A DNA stretch of 64,000 bases from Pseudomonadales bacterium (GTDB taxonomy: Bacteria > Pseudomonadota > Gammaproteobacteria > Pseudomonadales > JBECKS01). Where the stretch lies: the NCBI GenBank assembly GCA_965223975.1, contig OZ245031.1, positions 1,475,606 to 1,539,605 of the forward strand, written 5' to 3'. Numbering within the stretch: the first letter of the stretch is position 1; each line of letters begins with the position of its first letter. The notes beneath the pieces are model-generated. The model was not told the origin of the DNA, did not search any database, and worked only from the letters and a program-made list of their open reading frames with translations. Both the position numbers and the translations under genes were made by a program. Below are positions 1 through 9,827 of the stretch, piece after piece.

Positions 1-22
1 CAGTTGCCTATATTCGACATCT

Positions 23-691
23 TCAACCCCGGCGAATACGCTCGACATGAAAGGCTTCAGCTTTTGCGTAACCATTACAGGCACCGCGTAAAGTCGCCAA
101 GGCCTCAACAGCTTCAAAAGAACGGCTATGAGGAAAATCTCTCATTTCCGCTTCGTAACAAGCTAGAGCCTTCATTTTTTTGTCAAAGCTTTGCTCTATA
201 TTAACAATATAGTTAGCTTGAAAAGTAGGCGCACTTGAGCTGTTCCACTCTGAACTAGATAGAACTTCGAAAGAGTATATCTCTTTAACGCAGGAGTGGG
301 ATTGTGGTCTGCAGGCGGTCATTACTGCTTGATGAGCTAATTGATGGTCAACATTTAAGTCATGTAAGAAATGGGTATAAATAATAGAAGGTTCTACTTC
401 TTCAACAACACTTTCTATAGCTTGAACAATTTCAAGTAGCGGAACAAAGTCCATTTGATTATCTGGAAAGTCGAACTGGAATATTTTAGAAGCGCCTAAT
501 ATATCTCCTGCCTGAGCTGAGGCTTCTTGCCTAGCTTCGATGGCTTCTTCGTTGTCTTCCCGAGCTCCAACCCCGTTGGTGAGAAAACATAAATATACTT
601 CGTCTCCTTGGGAGCTATGATTATAAATTGTTCCGCCACAGCCCAGTGCTTCATCGTCTGCATGTGCTGCTACCACCAGTACTTTAGCCAT
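23..691 (-). CDS. PIG-L/LmbE-family N-acetyl sugar deacetylase
   Basis: N-terminal VLVVAAHADDEALGCGG (HxDDE metal motif) and DLNVDH motif; last gene seen of the pse operon, overlapping the pseI stop. Confidence 0.85.
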   Translation of the reverse strand: MAKVLVVAAHADDEALGCGGTIYNHSSQGDEVYLCFLTNGVGAREDNEEAIEARQEASAQAGDILGASKIFQFDFPDNQMDFVPLLEIVQAIESVVEEVEPSIIYTHFLHDLNVDHQLAHQAVMTACRPQSHSCVKEIYSFEVLSSSEWNSSSAPTFQANYIVNIEQSFDKKMKALACYEAEMRDFPHSRSFEAVEALATLRGACNGYAKAEAFHVERIRRG

Positions 692-1733
692 CGATTAAGT
701 CCCAATTACAAGCGGTTCCACGAGATATATCGCTTTTCGCTTTTTTTCCAATAACCCCATCATAGTGTTTTGGCGCTAAGCCAAAGCCAGGTCGAATTCT
801 TCTAATATGTTCTTCGCCAATAGTTTCACCAGCTTTAATGTCTTTTACGAAATATAAAGACCTGCGGAAAGCTACATTTGCCTCTTCAGCTGCTTTTTTC
901 TCATAACCTGCTTGACCGATGGCTTTCCAGGCAGATTCGGTGTCTTCGCATAGCGTTCTTAGCTCTTCGGGTTCCAGCGAAAACTCGCTGTCAGGCCCTT
1001 TGTCCTGACGGCTAAGGATCACGTGTTTCTCGATAACTGCGGCGCCCAGAGCGACCGCCGATACCGATACAACCGTACCCATGGTGTGGTCCGAGAGACC
1101 AGCGATGCAATCAAAACGGTCTGAGATATCTCGAATGGTGGCTAAATTAGCTTGGTCAATAGGGCTTGGGTAGCTACTGATACAGTGCAAGAGGACGAGC
1201 TCTTGGCAGCCATTATCGCGCGCTGTTTTAACGGCTTCTTCTATCTCGGCTAGATTAGCCATACCTGTTGAGATAATCATGGGTTTGCCCGTTTGGGCAA
1301 CCCGCTGAATCAAGGGGAGATCTATCGCTTCAAAAGACGCGATTTTATAGGCCGGTGCGTTAAGTTCCTCTAGCAATTCAACGGCACTCTCATCAAAAGG
1401 GGTTGAGAATACGGTAATGCCTAGCTCTTTACCTTTGGCAAATAATTGTTCGTGCCACTCATAGGGGGTGTAGGCCTCTTGGTATAGATCGTAGAGCTTA
1501 TAACCGTCCCAAAGCCCGCCTTTAATAAGAAAGTCGTCCTTATCGCAGTCAATCGTCATGGTATCGGCGGTGTAAGTTTGTAGCTTGATGGCGCTGGCAC
1601 CCATGGCAGCAGCCATTTCCATGGTCTCAAGAGCCTTATCAATGGAACCGTTATGGTTGGCTGATAGTTCAGCAATAACATAGGGCTTATGCTTAGGGCC
1701 GATTTTTTTCCCGTCGATAGTAATTTCAGTCAT
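684..1733 (-). CDS. pseI: Pseudaminic acid synthase (NeuB family with C-terminal SAF domain)
   Basis: VIAELSANHNGS, KLQTYTADTMT, YKIASFE, GLSDHTMG, IEKH motifs; C-terminal IRRIRPGFGLAP SAF domain; pse context. Confidence 0.93.
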   Translation of the reverse strand: MTEITIDGKKIGPKHKPYVIAELSANHNGSIDKALETMEMAAAMGASAIKLQTYTADTMTIDCDKDDFLIKGGLWDGYKLYDLYQEAYTPYEWHEQLFAKGKELGITVFSTPFDESAVELLEELNAPAYKIASFEAIDLPLIQRVAQTGKPMIISTGMANLAEIEEAVKTARDNGCQELVLLHCISSYPSPIDQANLATIRDISDRFDCIAGLSDHTMGTVVSVSAVALGAAVIEKHVILSRQDKGPDSEFSLEPEELRTLCEDTESAWKAIGQAGYEKKAAEEANVAFRRSLYFVKDIKAGETIGEEHIRRIRPGFGLAPKHYDGVIGKKAKSDISRGTACNWDLIDG

Positions 1734-2430
1734 GGTTTTTTTCTTGGCTGGTAAATGTAACAGTTGCGCTTACTTGGCCCTGCTCTAATTTAGCTTGGGT
1801 AAATTTTAGTTTATAAGGGCCCACTAAGGAATATGCATGAGGATAACCTTCAGCGTCTAGCATACGGATAAAATCATAAAGTTGTTCTGAACTTAGACTT
1901 GGGTCGATTAGGCTTTGTTCTGGCTTTCGACGCTCAAATTCGGTGATTTCTCCTGTCTGAGCCTGTGCAGAGGGTTTATTAACAACGATATATTCCATTA
2001 GGTCGTAGCATTTAACCGCGGCATCTTGATATATATCTTGAGCTCGACCGCTAAGATCTAGGTCCACCTTTTTAAAAATGGGCCCTGCGTCAAGCTCTTC
2101 AGTCATTTCCAGAGCGCTTAATTTGGTGCTTTTATGACCGCGAACGATTAAGTTTTGCAGTGGGCTGCCTCCGCGACCATAAGGAAGGTCGGTCATATGA
2201 AAACAGACGCAGGTGTAATTCTCGGTGATTTCCTTAGGAACAATCCAGTTCCAGTGTGGGAAAAATATATACGCAGGGTCGATGTCGGCCACGAACTCTG
2301 GTGTAAGTTGATCTTTGTGATTGACCAGATGCCACTCTCCAGGAAAATTCACACTGCGTTGCTCAAACAGCTCGATGTTCCAGGATTTAACTGTAACGAC
2401 AATGTATTGGGGTGGCTTATTTGTGCTCAT
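1726..2430 (-). CDS. Formyltransferase (Fmt-like, probable sugar N-formyltransferase)
   Basis: FFPHWNWIVP, FHMTDLPYGRGGSPLQNLI and ELDAGPI resemble formyl-THF-dependent transferase motifs; embedded in pse operon. Confidence 0.8.
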   Translation of the reverse strand: MSTNKPPQYIVVTVKSWNIELFEQRSVNFPGEWHLVNHKDQLTPEFVADIDPAYIFFPHWNWIVPKEITENYTCVCFHMTDLPYGRGGSPLQNLIVRGHKSTKLSALEMTEELDAGPIFKKVDLDLSGRAQDIYQDAAVKCYDLMEYIVVNKPSAQAQTGEITEFERRKPEQSLIDPSLSSEQLYDFIRMLDAEGYPHAYSLVGPYKLKFTQAKLEQGQVSATVTFTSQEKNHD

Positions 2431-3982
2431 TGGGCTTATCTAGCAAAAATTGATAGCAGTCGATGCCGTTAAATTGGGTACTATTTATCTGGGTAAAGCC
2501 GCTGCGTTCAAAAGATTTCTTAGAGGCGATGTTGTCTAGTTTGACCAAAGCCTTTATTTGTTTAACGGCTTTTTCTTCGAATAATCGGCTAGCACCCAGT
2601 TTCAATAATTTTACACCATTGCCTCGGCCCCCTGCATCTTTATCTATGTATATGTCGACCAGGGCGCATGCTTGTTCATCAATATCAAAGCGTAATTGGC
2701 CAATGGCGTCACCATCTGGATTCATCGCTATGAAGATAAGGCTATTGGGGTCTGAAAGCTTGGACTTAAACCAGGCCTTGTGTTGATCTAAAGAAACTTC
2801 TTGGGAATTAAAGGCACTGTTTCGACGTTCGGGTGAGTTGACCCAAGCGTATAAGGTCATTAAGTCGTCAGTGTCTGCAGAACGAATATATAAACCTTGA
2901 TGTAAGTTCAGAATTTCTTTACTAACACGCTCTAGGCCTAAACCATCGCTGACGTTTAGGCTGGCATTCACACGATCAAAATATATATTGCTTGATAGGC
3001 TGTTCTTAAGGGCTGAATCAAATTGCTTTTGATTTATAGGTAAATCGATCAGTTCACAAATATTTTTTTGTTTTAGTGTTCTGCCAATATCCCTTTGGTT
3101 CTCAGCAATGACCAAAGACAAACTAGGCAGACCCATGCGACATCGCTCCCAAGTGCTGCCACCAAAAGCACCGATAGCGAGATCATGTTCAAACAAAAGT
3201 TGGGCAATATTATTGGGGGATACAAACAATTTAAATTTTTTATTACTGTCTACCCAAGTCTTCACGGCATCTAAATGCTTGGCTTGGGATGAAAGAATAA
3301 TTGAAACTGTTTCTAGGTTTGGATGCTTATCCAGAATTCCTGCTACTTGGGATGTAAAATCATCAGGGTCCATCCCGCCCATCATAATGATTACCTTTGG
3401 TGATGTCAGATTTACATTCTTTCTATGGTTTTGTATTTGTCCAATTGAATACTGGGTGAATTCGCTGCGTAAAAACGAAAACTGTTCGCCTACCAATCGT
3501 TTGCTTTTTGGGTTCAGTAGACCATCATAGCTCCTTTCCTTTTTAGCAAAGGTTTGGTCAACTAAAAGATCGCAGTCATGTTTTCTATCGGATAGATCAT
3601 CGACTACTACCAAGGAATTGCAAACTTCTCTTAAGATAGTTTCCCAGGGTTTTGCGAGACCATAGTGATCTAAAATAATGGTATCGACTGGGCCACCAAA
3701 ATGATCGGTAATTGCTTCTAGGCTCTGTTGGGCATCGTCGTCCTCTGTTCCTCCCAGCCAATAAGAGTGTGCATAAGCGCTATCGTTCAAGTCGGAAGTG
3801 TTCAGGAGTGATACTGGATAGCCTCTATCCTTTATTAAGTTTGCAAGATGATTAGAGTGTGCCTTACATAGGAACAAAACATTTTTTTGGGGCTGATTTA
3901 GAGCATCGGCTAGAGCTAGGCATCGCACTACATGTCCGGTACCAATTTGATTAGATGCGTCTGCTCTAATGGCTATCTTCAA
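2417..3982 (-). CDS. pseG: PseG (UDP-sugar hydrolase) fused to a C-terminal PseH-like GNAT acetyltransferase
   Basis: IRADASNQIGTGHVVRC and DLAIGAFGGSTWERCRMGLP are PseG motifs; the last ~160 aa (LYIRSAD...HKAWF...IGQLRFD...NIASKKSFERSGF) look like a GNAT. Confidence 0.88.
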   Translation of the reverse strand: MKIAIRADASNQIGTGHVVRCLALADALNQPQKNVLFLCKAHSNHLANLIKDRGYPVSLLNTSDLNDSAYAHSYWLGGTEDDDAQQSLEAITDHFGGPVDTIILDHYGLAKPWETILREVCNSLVVVDDLSDRKHDCDLLVDQTFAKKERSYDGLLNPKSKRLVGEQFSFLRSEFTQYSIGQIQNHRKNVNLTSPKVIIMMGGMDPDDFTSQVAGILDKHPNLETVSIILSSQAKHLDAVKTWVDSNKKFKLFVSPNNIAQLLFEHDLAIGAFGGSTWERCRMGLPSLSLVIAENQRDIGRTLKQKNICELIDLPINQKQFDSALKNSLSSNIYFDRVNASLNVSDGLGLERVSKEILNLHQGLYIRSADTDDLMTLYAWVNSPERRNSAFNSQEVSLDQHKAWFKSKLSDPNSLIFIAMNPDGDAIGQLRFDIDEQACALVDIYIDKDAGGRGNGVKLLKLGASRLFEEKAVKQIKALVKLDNIASKKSFERSGFTQINSTQFNGIDCYQFLLDKPNEHK

Positions 3983-4670
3983 GGTTTTGCTCCAGAGCCT
4001 TAAACAGGAGCTCTGCTCTTATCCAGTCAGCGGGTGTGTCGATATCCTGAACTAAATAGTGGGGTAAATTTACCGCATAGGATTGCTCAGAAAAAATGGG
4101 TATGTCGTCCAAAAAGGCCTGAGCCTTGCCCCAATAAAACTGACCAGCGTCGTGGTAAGCGGGTTCTAAATCCTGGGATCGTGTGACTAAATGTTCGGGC
4201 TGTAGCATTTCGACGCCTCCGTTTTCTAAGCGTCTCAAAGCTCTTTGAATCGGAAAAGAAAATTCAGTAGCCGCAAAGGCAAGGGAGAAACCTTTTTTTT
4301 CTATAGCTTCAAAACCTTCGACTAGAAAGTCCTTTTGTACAAAGGGTGCAGTAGCATATATACAGCACACTTGATCAATCTCAAGGCCTTTGTTTTTAAA
4401 GTCATTAATTGCGTGTTTGATCACTTCTACGGTAGTGGCGTGGTCATCAGACAAATCGGCGGGCCGAATAAAAGGAACACTTGCACCATATTGTTTGGCT
4501 ACTTCCGCTATTTCTTGGTCATCGGTTGAAACAATCACCTCATCAAACAACCCGCTGCTCAATGCGGTTTCAATTGAATAAGCAATAATTGGCTTACCAT
4601 GAAAGGCCTTAATGTTTTTTCGTGGAATGCGTTTGCTGCCACCACGTGCGGGTATCAGAGCAAGCCTCAT
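3966..4670 (-). CDS. pseF: Pseudaminic acid cytidylyltransferase
   Basis: ALIPARGGSKRIPRKNIK, CIYATAPF, DAGQFYWG, QDIDTPADW. Confidence 0.93.
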   Translation of the reverse strand: MRLALIPARGGSKRIPRKNIKAFHGKPIIAYSIETALSSGLFDEVIVSTDDQEIAEVAKQYGASVPFIRPADLSDDHATTVEVIKHAINDFKNKGLEIDQVCCIYATAPFVQKDFLVEGFEAIEKKGFSLAFAATEFSFPIQRALRRLENGGVEMLQPEHLVTRSQDLEPAYHDAGQFYWGKAQAFLDDIPIFSEQSYAVNLPHYLVQDIDTPADWIRAELLFKALEQNLEDSH

Positions 4671-5830
4671 GATTCGCTTAACACCTCAGTTAAAACATTA
4701 ACAACAGTATCTTGTTGTTCGTGACTTAACAAATGAAACATGGGTAGCGAAATGGCCTCTTGATAGTAGTGTTCTGCATAAGGAAAGTCCCCATGTTTAA
4801 AACCAAGATTTTGATAATAAGGCTGAGTATGAATGGGAATATAATGCAGATTGACTCCAATTCCCTTATCCCTAAGTTTTTGAAAAACGGATTCGTGAGA
4901 TTGATTTATCTTATCTAGCTCAAGACGAATAATGTATAAATGTAGTCCGGAGTAGCTATCATCAATTTGATAGGGTAGGCGAATGGGCAGACCCTTAAGG
5001 AGTTCGTTGTAGCGATCAGATAATTGATGCCGTGCAGAAACAAACTCATTCAGTCGTGTCATTTGGCTTAAACCTAATGCGGCTTGAAGCTCGGTCATTC
5101 GATAATTAAATCCCAAATCAATTTGTTCGTAATACCAAGAACCATCAGGAGCATTCTCCATAAGCTTTTTGTCACGGGTAATGCCGTGAGAGCGCAGCAG
5201 GTTCATCTTTTCCGCTAAAGTGGAATCTTGGGTGGTGGCTACACCCCCTTCGGCTGTTGTAATAATTTTTACTGGATGAAAACTAAAAACAGTAATGTCA
5301 GAGTACTGACATGAGCCGATAGCTTGGTCTTTGTAGCGGCCACCAATAGCGTGAGAAGCGTCCTCTATTACTGAGAAGCCATATTCATCAGCTAGTTTAG
5401 CAATGCTTTCCATGTCACAGCTTTGGCCACTTAAATGTACGGGAATAACAACTTTGGGGAGTTTATCTTCCTTCTTTGCTTGCTCAAGTTTTTGTTTAAG
5501 TGCTAAGGGGCAAAGGTTGTAGGTGTTAGGGTCAATATCTACAAAGTCTACTAAAGCGCCACAATAGAGTCCGCAGTTAGCGGAAGCCACAAAAGAGATG
5601 GGCGTTGTCCACAGATAGTCACCTTTGCCTAATCCCAGAGCCAGGCACGCAATATGAAGTGCGGAGGTTGCGCTATTTACCGCTAGAACGTGTGCCGCGC
5701 CAGTGTGTTCTGAAATAGCTTGTTCGAATCTAGGTAAAACAGGCCCTTGGGTAATAAAGTCGGATTGTAAAACATCGATGACCGCGTCGATGTCATCCTG
5801 ATTAATATCCTGTTTACCGTAAGGAATCAT
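4667..5830 (-). CDS. pseC: UDP-4-amino-4,6-dideoxy-N-acetyl-beta-L-altrosamine transaminase
   Basis: MIPYGKQDINQDDI start, VNSATSALH, EDASHAIG, FSFHPVKIITTAEGG (PLP lysine). Confidence 0.93.
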   Translation of the reverse strand: MIPYGKQDINQDDIDAVIDVLQSDFITQGPVLPRFEQAISEHTGAAHVLAVNSATSALHIACLALGLGKGDYLWTTPISFVASANCGLYCGALVDFVDIDPNTYNLCPLALKQKLEQAKKEDKLPKVVIPVHLSGQSCDMESIAKLADEYGFSVIEDASHAIGGRYKDQAIGSCQYSDITVFSFHPVKIITTAEGGVATTQDSTLAEKMNLLRSHGITRDKKLMENAPDGSWYYEQIDLGFNYRMTELQAALGLSQMTRLNEFVSARHQLSDRYNELLKGLPIRLPYQIDDSYSGLHLYIIRLELDKINQSHESVFQKLRDKGIGVNLHYIPIHTQPYYQNLGFKHGDFPYAEHYYQEAISLPMFHLLSHEQQDTVVNVLTEVLSES

Positions 5831-5833
5831 AAT

Positions 5834-6847
5834 TTACACTTCGAAAGAAGGGTCTACGTGTTCTTTTATCAGTGAGCGCAGTGATTCAACGCTTTCCCAT
5901 TCGGTATTGGTTCCGGAATTGTATTTGAATCCAAAGGGTACTTCGGTCGCTTTGTGATGTTCCATATAAGCCTCTTTGCTGTAGTCAAAAGAGACTGAGG
6001 GCAAAATAGCGTAATAAGGACCCAAGTCGATAGTGTTCAATGAATCTGAATCAGTAATCATTTCTTCGTGAAGTTTTTCACCGGGCCGAACCCCCACTAC
6101 TTTTGTTTCGCATTCTGGTGCAATGGCAGTGGCAACATCCAAAATTTTATACGAGGGAATCTTCGGAACAAAAATTTCACCGCCTAAATGATGGCCAATA
6201 GCAAACATAACGAGTTTGACGCCGTCTTCGAGTGAAATATTAAACCGGGTCATATCTTCATGAGTGATAGGCAAAACACCATCTTGTTTCTTGTTAAGGA
6301 AGAAAGGAATCACTGAGCCTCTGGAACCCATAACGTTTCCGTAACGCACAACACTAAATCGAATTTTCTTTGCGCCACGAATATTGTTAGCAGCAGTAAA
6401 TAATTTATCTGATGCTAGTTTAGTGGCTCCGTATAGATTAATAGGCGCACAAGCTTTATCGGTTGAAAGCGCGACGATATCTTTTACTCCGCAGGTTAGG
6501 GCGGCATGAATGACATTTTCTGCACCGTCGATGTTGGTACGAATACATTCAGTTGGATTGTATTCGGCAGTGTCTACCTGTTTGATGGCAGCAGCATGGA
6601 TAATGACATCCACGTTTTCGCAAGCTTGAACTAAACGCTCTTTGTCTCTTACATCGCCAATAAAGAATCGAAGTTGGGGAAATTCATGAGCTGGATACTT
6701 AAGTTTTAAGTCCGATTGTTTAAGTTCGTCTCTTGAAAAAATGATTATCTTTTTTACATCGGGATATTCAGCAAGAATGGTTTCGATAAACTTTTTACCA
6801 AAAGAACCGGTACCACCAGTTATAAGTACGCTGCGATTGTTGAGCAT
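5834..6847 (-). CDS. pseB: UDP-N-acetylglucosamine 4,6-dehydratase (inverting)
   Basis: ITGGTGSFG, FSRDELKQ, FIGDVRD, STDKACAPINLYGATKL, RYGNVMGSRGSV. Confidence 0.95.
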   Translation of the reverse strand: MLNNRSVLITGGTGSFGKKFIETILAEYPDVKKIIIFSRDELKQSDLKLKYPAHEFPQLRFFIGDVRDKERLVQACENVDVIIHAAAIKQVDTAEYNPTECIRTNIDGAENVIHAALTCGVKDIVALSTDKACAPINLYGATKLASDKLFTAANNIRGAKKIRFSVVRYGNVMGSRGSVIPFFLNKKQDGVLPITHEDMTRFNISLEDGVKLVMFAIGHHLGGEIFVPKIPSYKILDVATAIAPECETKVVGVRPGEKLHEEMITDSDSLNTIDLGPYYAILPSVSFDYSKEAYMEHHKATEVPFGFKYNSGTNTEWESVESLRSLIKEHVDPSFEV

Positions 6848-6893
6848 GTTCCTGTCCTACTATCGTTCTTTGTTTTTATTGCTAGGAGGGGCG

Positions 6894-8303
6894 CTATCGG
6901 CCATATACGTCTTCAAAACGTACGATATCATCTTCCCCTAAGTATGAGCCAGTTTGAATCTCTATAATTTCAAGGTCTTCCTGCTCACAGTTTTCTAATC
7001 GATGTTTGTTACCTATTGGAATATAGGTCGATTGGTCCTCGTTAAACAATTTAACTTCATCGCCATTGGTTACTTTAGCCACGCCTTTGACGATGACCCA
7101 GTGTTCAGCACGATGATGATGCATTTGCAGCGATAAGCTAGCCCCCGGACTTACACAAATTCGTTTGACTTGAAAATTATCAGAGCTGCAAATAGATTCG
7201 TACCAACCCCAGGGTCTATAAACGCGTTTATGTAAATTGGTTTCTTCGCGTTCGTCCTGTTTAAGTTGACTCAGAATATGTTTAACTTCCTGTGTCTTGG
7301 ACTTATCGGCTACCAGTACTGCGTCGGCAGTTTCTACGACGATGTGATTGTCTAAGCCTATGGTCGCGACCAAACGAGAGTCGGCATGTACATAACTATT
7401 GTTTGTTTCGTGGCTATATACATCGCCTTTTATAAAATTATTGTTTTCGTTTTTAGAATTTACTTTCCAAAGTGAGGACCAAGAACCTACGTCGTCCCAG
7501 GTAATATTAAAAGGCACAACCGCAGCACTTTTAGTTTTTTCCATGACCGCGTAGTCGATGGAATCTGATGGACAGTTTTCGAAATCTTCTTTAGGTATTC
7601 GTAAAAAGTCTAAATCTTCAACTAAGCCAGCGAAAGATTGGTTGCAGGCATCGTAGATCTGGGTGGATTGCTCTTTTAGTTCCGCAAGATATACGGCGCT
7701 CTTAAAAAGAAACATACCGCTGTTCCAAAAGAAATCACCGCTTTCAAGCAAAGCCTTCGCTTTTTCGAGGTCGGGCTTTTCGACGAAGCGATCGACCGTG
7801 AATCCCTCAGAGTTCGAGATGGTGTCTCCAGCTTTTATATAGCCATAACCAGTTTCTGGATGGCTTGGTTTGATGCCAAAGGTCACCAGCTTATCTAGTC
7901 CGCTAAGCTTTTCTGCGGCCAATAAGGCATTCTCAAATTCTTTGCTAGGTTCGATAAAATGGTCAGCAGGCAACACTAGCAGTTTGCTTTCAGCTTCGGC
8001 CTTTAATGCTGCTAAGGCAATGGCCGGCGCGGTATTTCTACCAACGGGCTCAAGAATAATGGCCATCGGAGCTATGTTAATAGCTCGCAGCTGTTCAGCG
8101 ACTAGAAACCGATGTTCCTCGTTGCAAATAACAATAGGGGGTGAGCTTTCGACTGTTTCAAGTTGAGTGATGCGAAGAATGGTTTCCTGAAACAAGCTGT
8201 TGGTATCATGGGTTAGTTTCAAAAATTGCTTAGGGTATAAGCTTCGAGAAACGGGCCAAAGTCGGGTTCCGGAACCGCCAGCTAAAATAACGGGAGTAAT
8301 CAT
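6894..8303 (-). CDS. manC: Mannose-1-phosphate guanylyltransferase / mannose-6-phosphate isomerase
   Basis: PVILAGGSGTRLWPVSR, EPVGRNTAPA, FVEKP, WNSGMF; C-terminal cupin RPWG...HHRAEHW. Confidence 0.95.
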   Translation of the reverse strand: MITPVILAGGSGTRLWPVSRSLYPKQFLKLTHDTNSLFQETILRITQLETVESSPPIVICNEEHRFLVAEQLRAINIAPMAIILEPVGRNTAPAIALAALKAEAESKLLVLPADHFIEPSKEFENALLAAEKLSGLDKLVTFGIKPSHPETGYGYIKAGDTISNSEGFTVDRFVEKPDLEKAKALLESGDFFWNSGMFLFKSAVYLAELKEQSTQIYDACNQSFAGLVEDLDFLRIPKEDFENCPSDSIDYAVMEKTKSAAVVPFNITWDDVGSWSSLWKVNSKNENNNFIKGDVYSHETNNSYVHADSRLVATIGLDNHIVVETADAVLVADKSKTQEVKHILSQLKQDEREETNLHKRVYRPWGWYESICSSDNFQVKRICVSPGASLSLQMHHHRAEHWVIVKGVAKVTNGDEVKLFNEDQSTYIPIGNKHRLENCEQEDLEIIEIQTGSYLGEDDIVRFEDVYGR

Positions 8304-8458
8304 TTAAATAGGCTTAAATTTTGAGATGATTATATTAAAATAGATGCTTAACTGAATTCGGAACTTGAAACACCAAATTGCCCGGCATAATAGCATAAAA
8401 ACATGTTAGTGTTAGGCCAAATCCGGTATTGAACTAGGTCTAAACATAGAGGAATCCA

Positions 8459-9817
8459 GTGGCGTTAAAAGTAGTTGTGTTGGCAGCGGGGCAAGGGACG
8501 CGTATGCGTTCAAATTGGCCAAAAGTATTACATCCGCTTGGAGGAAAGCCGATTCTTCATCGTTTGTTAGATAGTGTGAATCAAATTGAGCCCGAGCAAA
8601 TATGTGTGGTCTATGGACACCAAGGCGAGCTTTTGCGAGATGAAACCAATCAATACGACATTGAGTGGGTTTACCAGGCAGATCAGCTAGGAACAGCCCA
8701 TGCCGTACAGCAAAGCTTAGAACATATCCAAGCAGAGGACACGGTTCTAGTGCTGACAGCGGACGTTCCTTTGATTAGCTCTGGGACTCTTAGTTCGTTG
8801 ATGGCGCTAGTAGATCAGGCTATGGCCCTTGTTACCGTATCTTTACCAGATGCCAGTGGCTATGGTCGAATTGTGCGCGATGCCAATGGCAATGTGCAAC
8901 GAATCGTTGAGCATAAAGATGCGTCTCCAGAAGAACGAATGATCTCAGAAATTAATACTGGGATTATGGGTTTTAAGGGCGCGTTTTTGTTAGAAAACCT
9001 ACCGAACATCCAAAATCAGAATGCCCAAAAAGAGTTTTACCTAACGGATATTTTGGCTCTTGCTGTAGACCAAGGGCATAAGGTCCAGACCTTAGAAGTT
9101 CAAAACCCAGTTGAGGTCGAGGGCGTAAATACTAAAAGCCAACTGGCAGCGCTTGAGAGACGGTTTCAGTTGCAAAATGCTGAGCAACTGATGGAAGCGG
9201 GATTAACTTTATTGGATCCAGCGCGCTTTGATCTTAGGGGCAGTCTAAACCACGGAAAGGACAGTGTTGTTGACGTTAATGTCGTGTTTGAAGGTAATAA
9301 TACCATTGGCTCGAAGTGTTTAATTGGTGCTAATTGCGTTTTAAAGAACGTTACTCTGGGAGATGGTGTAGAGATAAAACCCATGTCTATCTTAGAGGAC
9401 GTGCAGATAGGACACAACGCGGCGATTGGACCTTTTGCGCGATTAAGGCCTGGTACAGAGGTGAGCGACGACGCCAAAATTGGAAATTTCGTTGAAATAA
9501 AGAAAGCTAAATTAGGCAAAGGCTCTAAGGTTAGCCATCTTAGTTATATTGGTGATGCAAAAATTGGCGAAGAGGTTAATATTGGCGCCGGTACCATTAC
9601 CTGCAACTATGATGGTGTGAATAAGCACCTGACCGAAATCGAGGATGGTGCATTTATCGGTTCAAACAGCTCCTTGGTAGCGCCGGTAAAAATTGGTAAA
9701 GAAAGTAATGTTGGCGCAGGCTCGGTCATTAGCAAAGACACTCCAGCTGGCAAACTAAGTCTTGCTAGGGCTAAGCAAATCACCCTGGATAAATGGCTTA
9801 GGCCCACAAAAAAATAA
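8459..9817 (+). CDS. glmU: Bifunctional UDP-GlcNAc pyrophosphorylase / GlcN-1-P acetyltransferase
   Basis: LAAGQGTRM..PKVLH, hexapeptide repeats, GNFVEIK, HLSYIGDA, NIGAGTITCNYDG; GTG start with GAGGA RBS. Confidence 0.97.
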   Translation: MALKVVVLAAGQGTRMRSNWPKVLHPLGGKPILHRLLDSVNQIEPEQICVVYGHQGELLRDETNQYDIEWVYQADQLGTAHAVQQSLEHIQAEDTVLVLTADVPLISSGTLSSLMALVDQAMALVTVSLPDASGYGRIVRDANGNVQRIVEHKDASPEERMISEINTGIMGFKGAFLLENLPNIQNQNAQKEFYLTDILALAVDQGHKVQTLEVQNPVEVEGVNTKSQLAALERRFQLQNAEQLMEAGLTLLDPARFDLRGSLNHGKDSVVDVNVVFEGNNTIGSKCLIGANCVLKNVTLGDGVEIKPMSILEDVQIGHNAAIGPFARLRPGTEVSDDAKIGNFVEIKKAKLGKGSKVSHLSYIGDAKIGEEVNIGAGTITCNYDGVNKHLTEIEDGAFIGSNSSLVAPVKIGKESNVGAGSVISKDTPAGKLSLARAKQITLDKWLRPTKK

Positions 9818-9827
9818 TAAGTAAACT

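Noticed and set aside
4292-4299. Homopolymer tract in pseF (T8, i.e. A8 on the coding strand) as a phase-variation switch
   Set aside because: Short A/T runs are frequent in this AT-rich sequence and the frame is intact
2155-9807. Antisense ORFs of 60-140 aa over the pse, manC and glmU genes
   Set aside because: Fully nested opposite well-supported genes; no recognisable motifs
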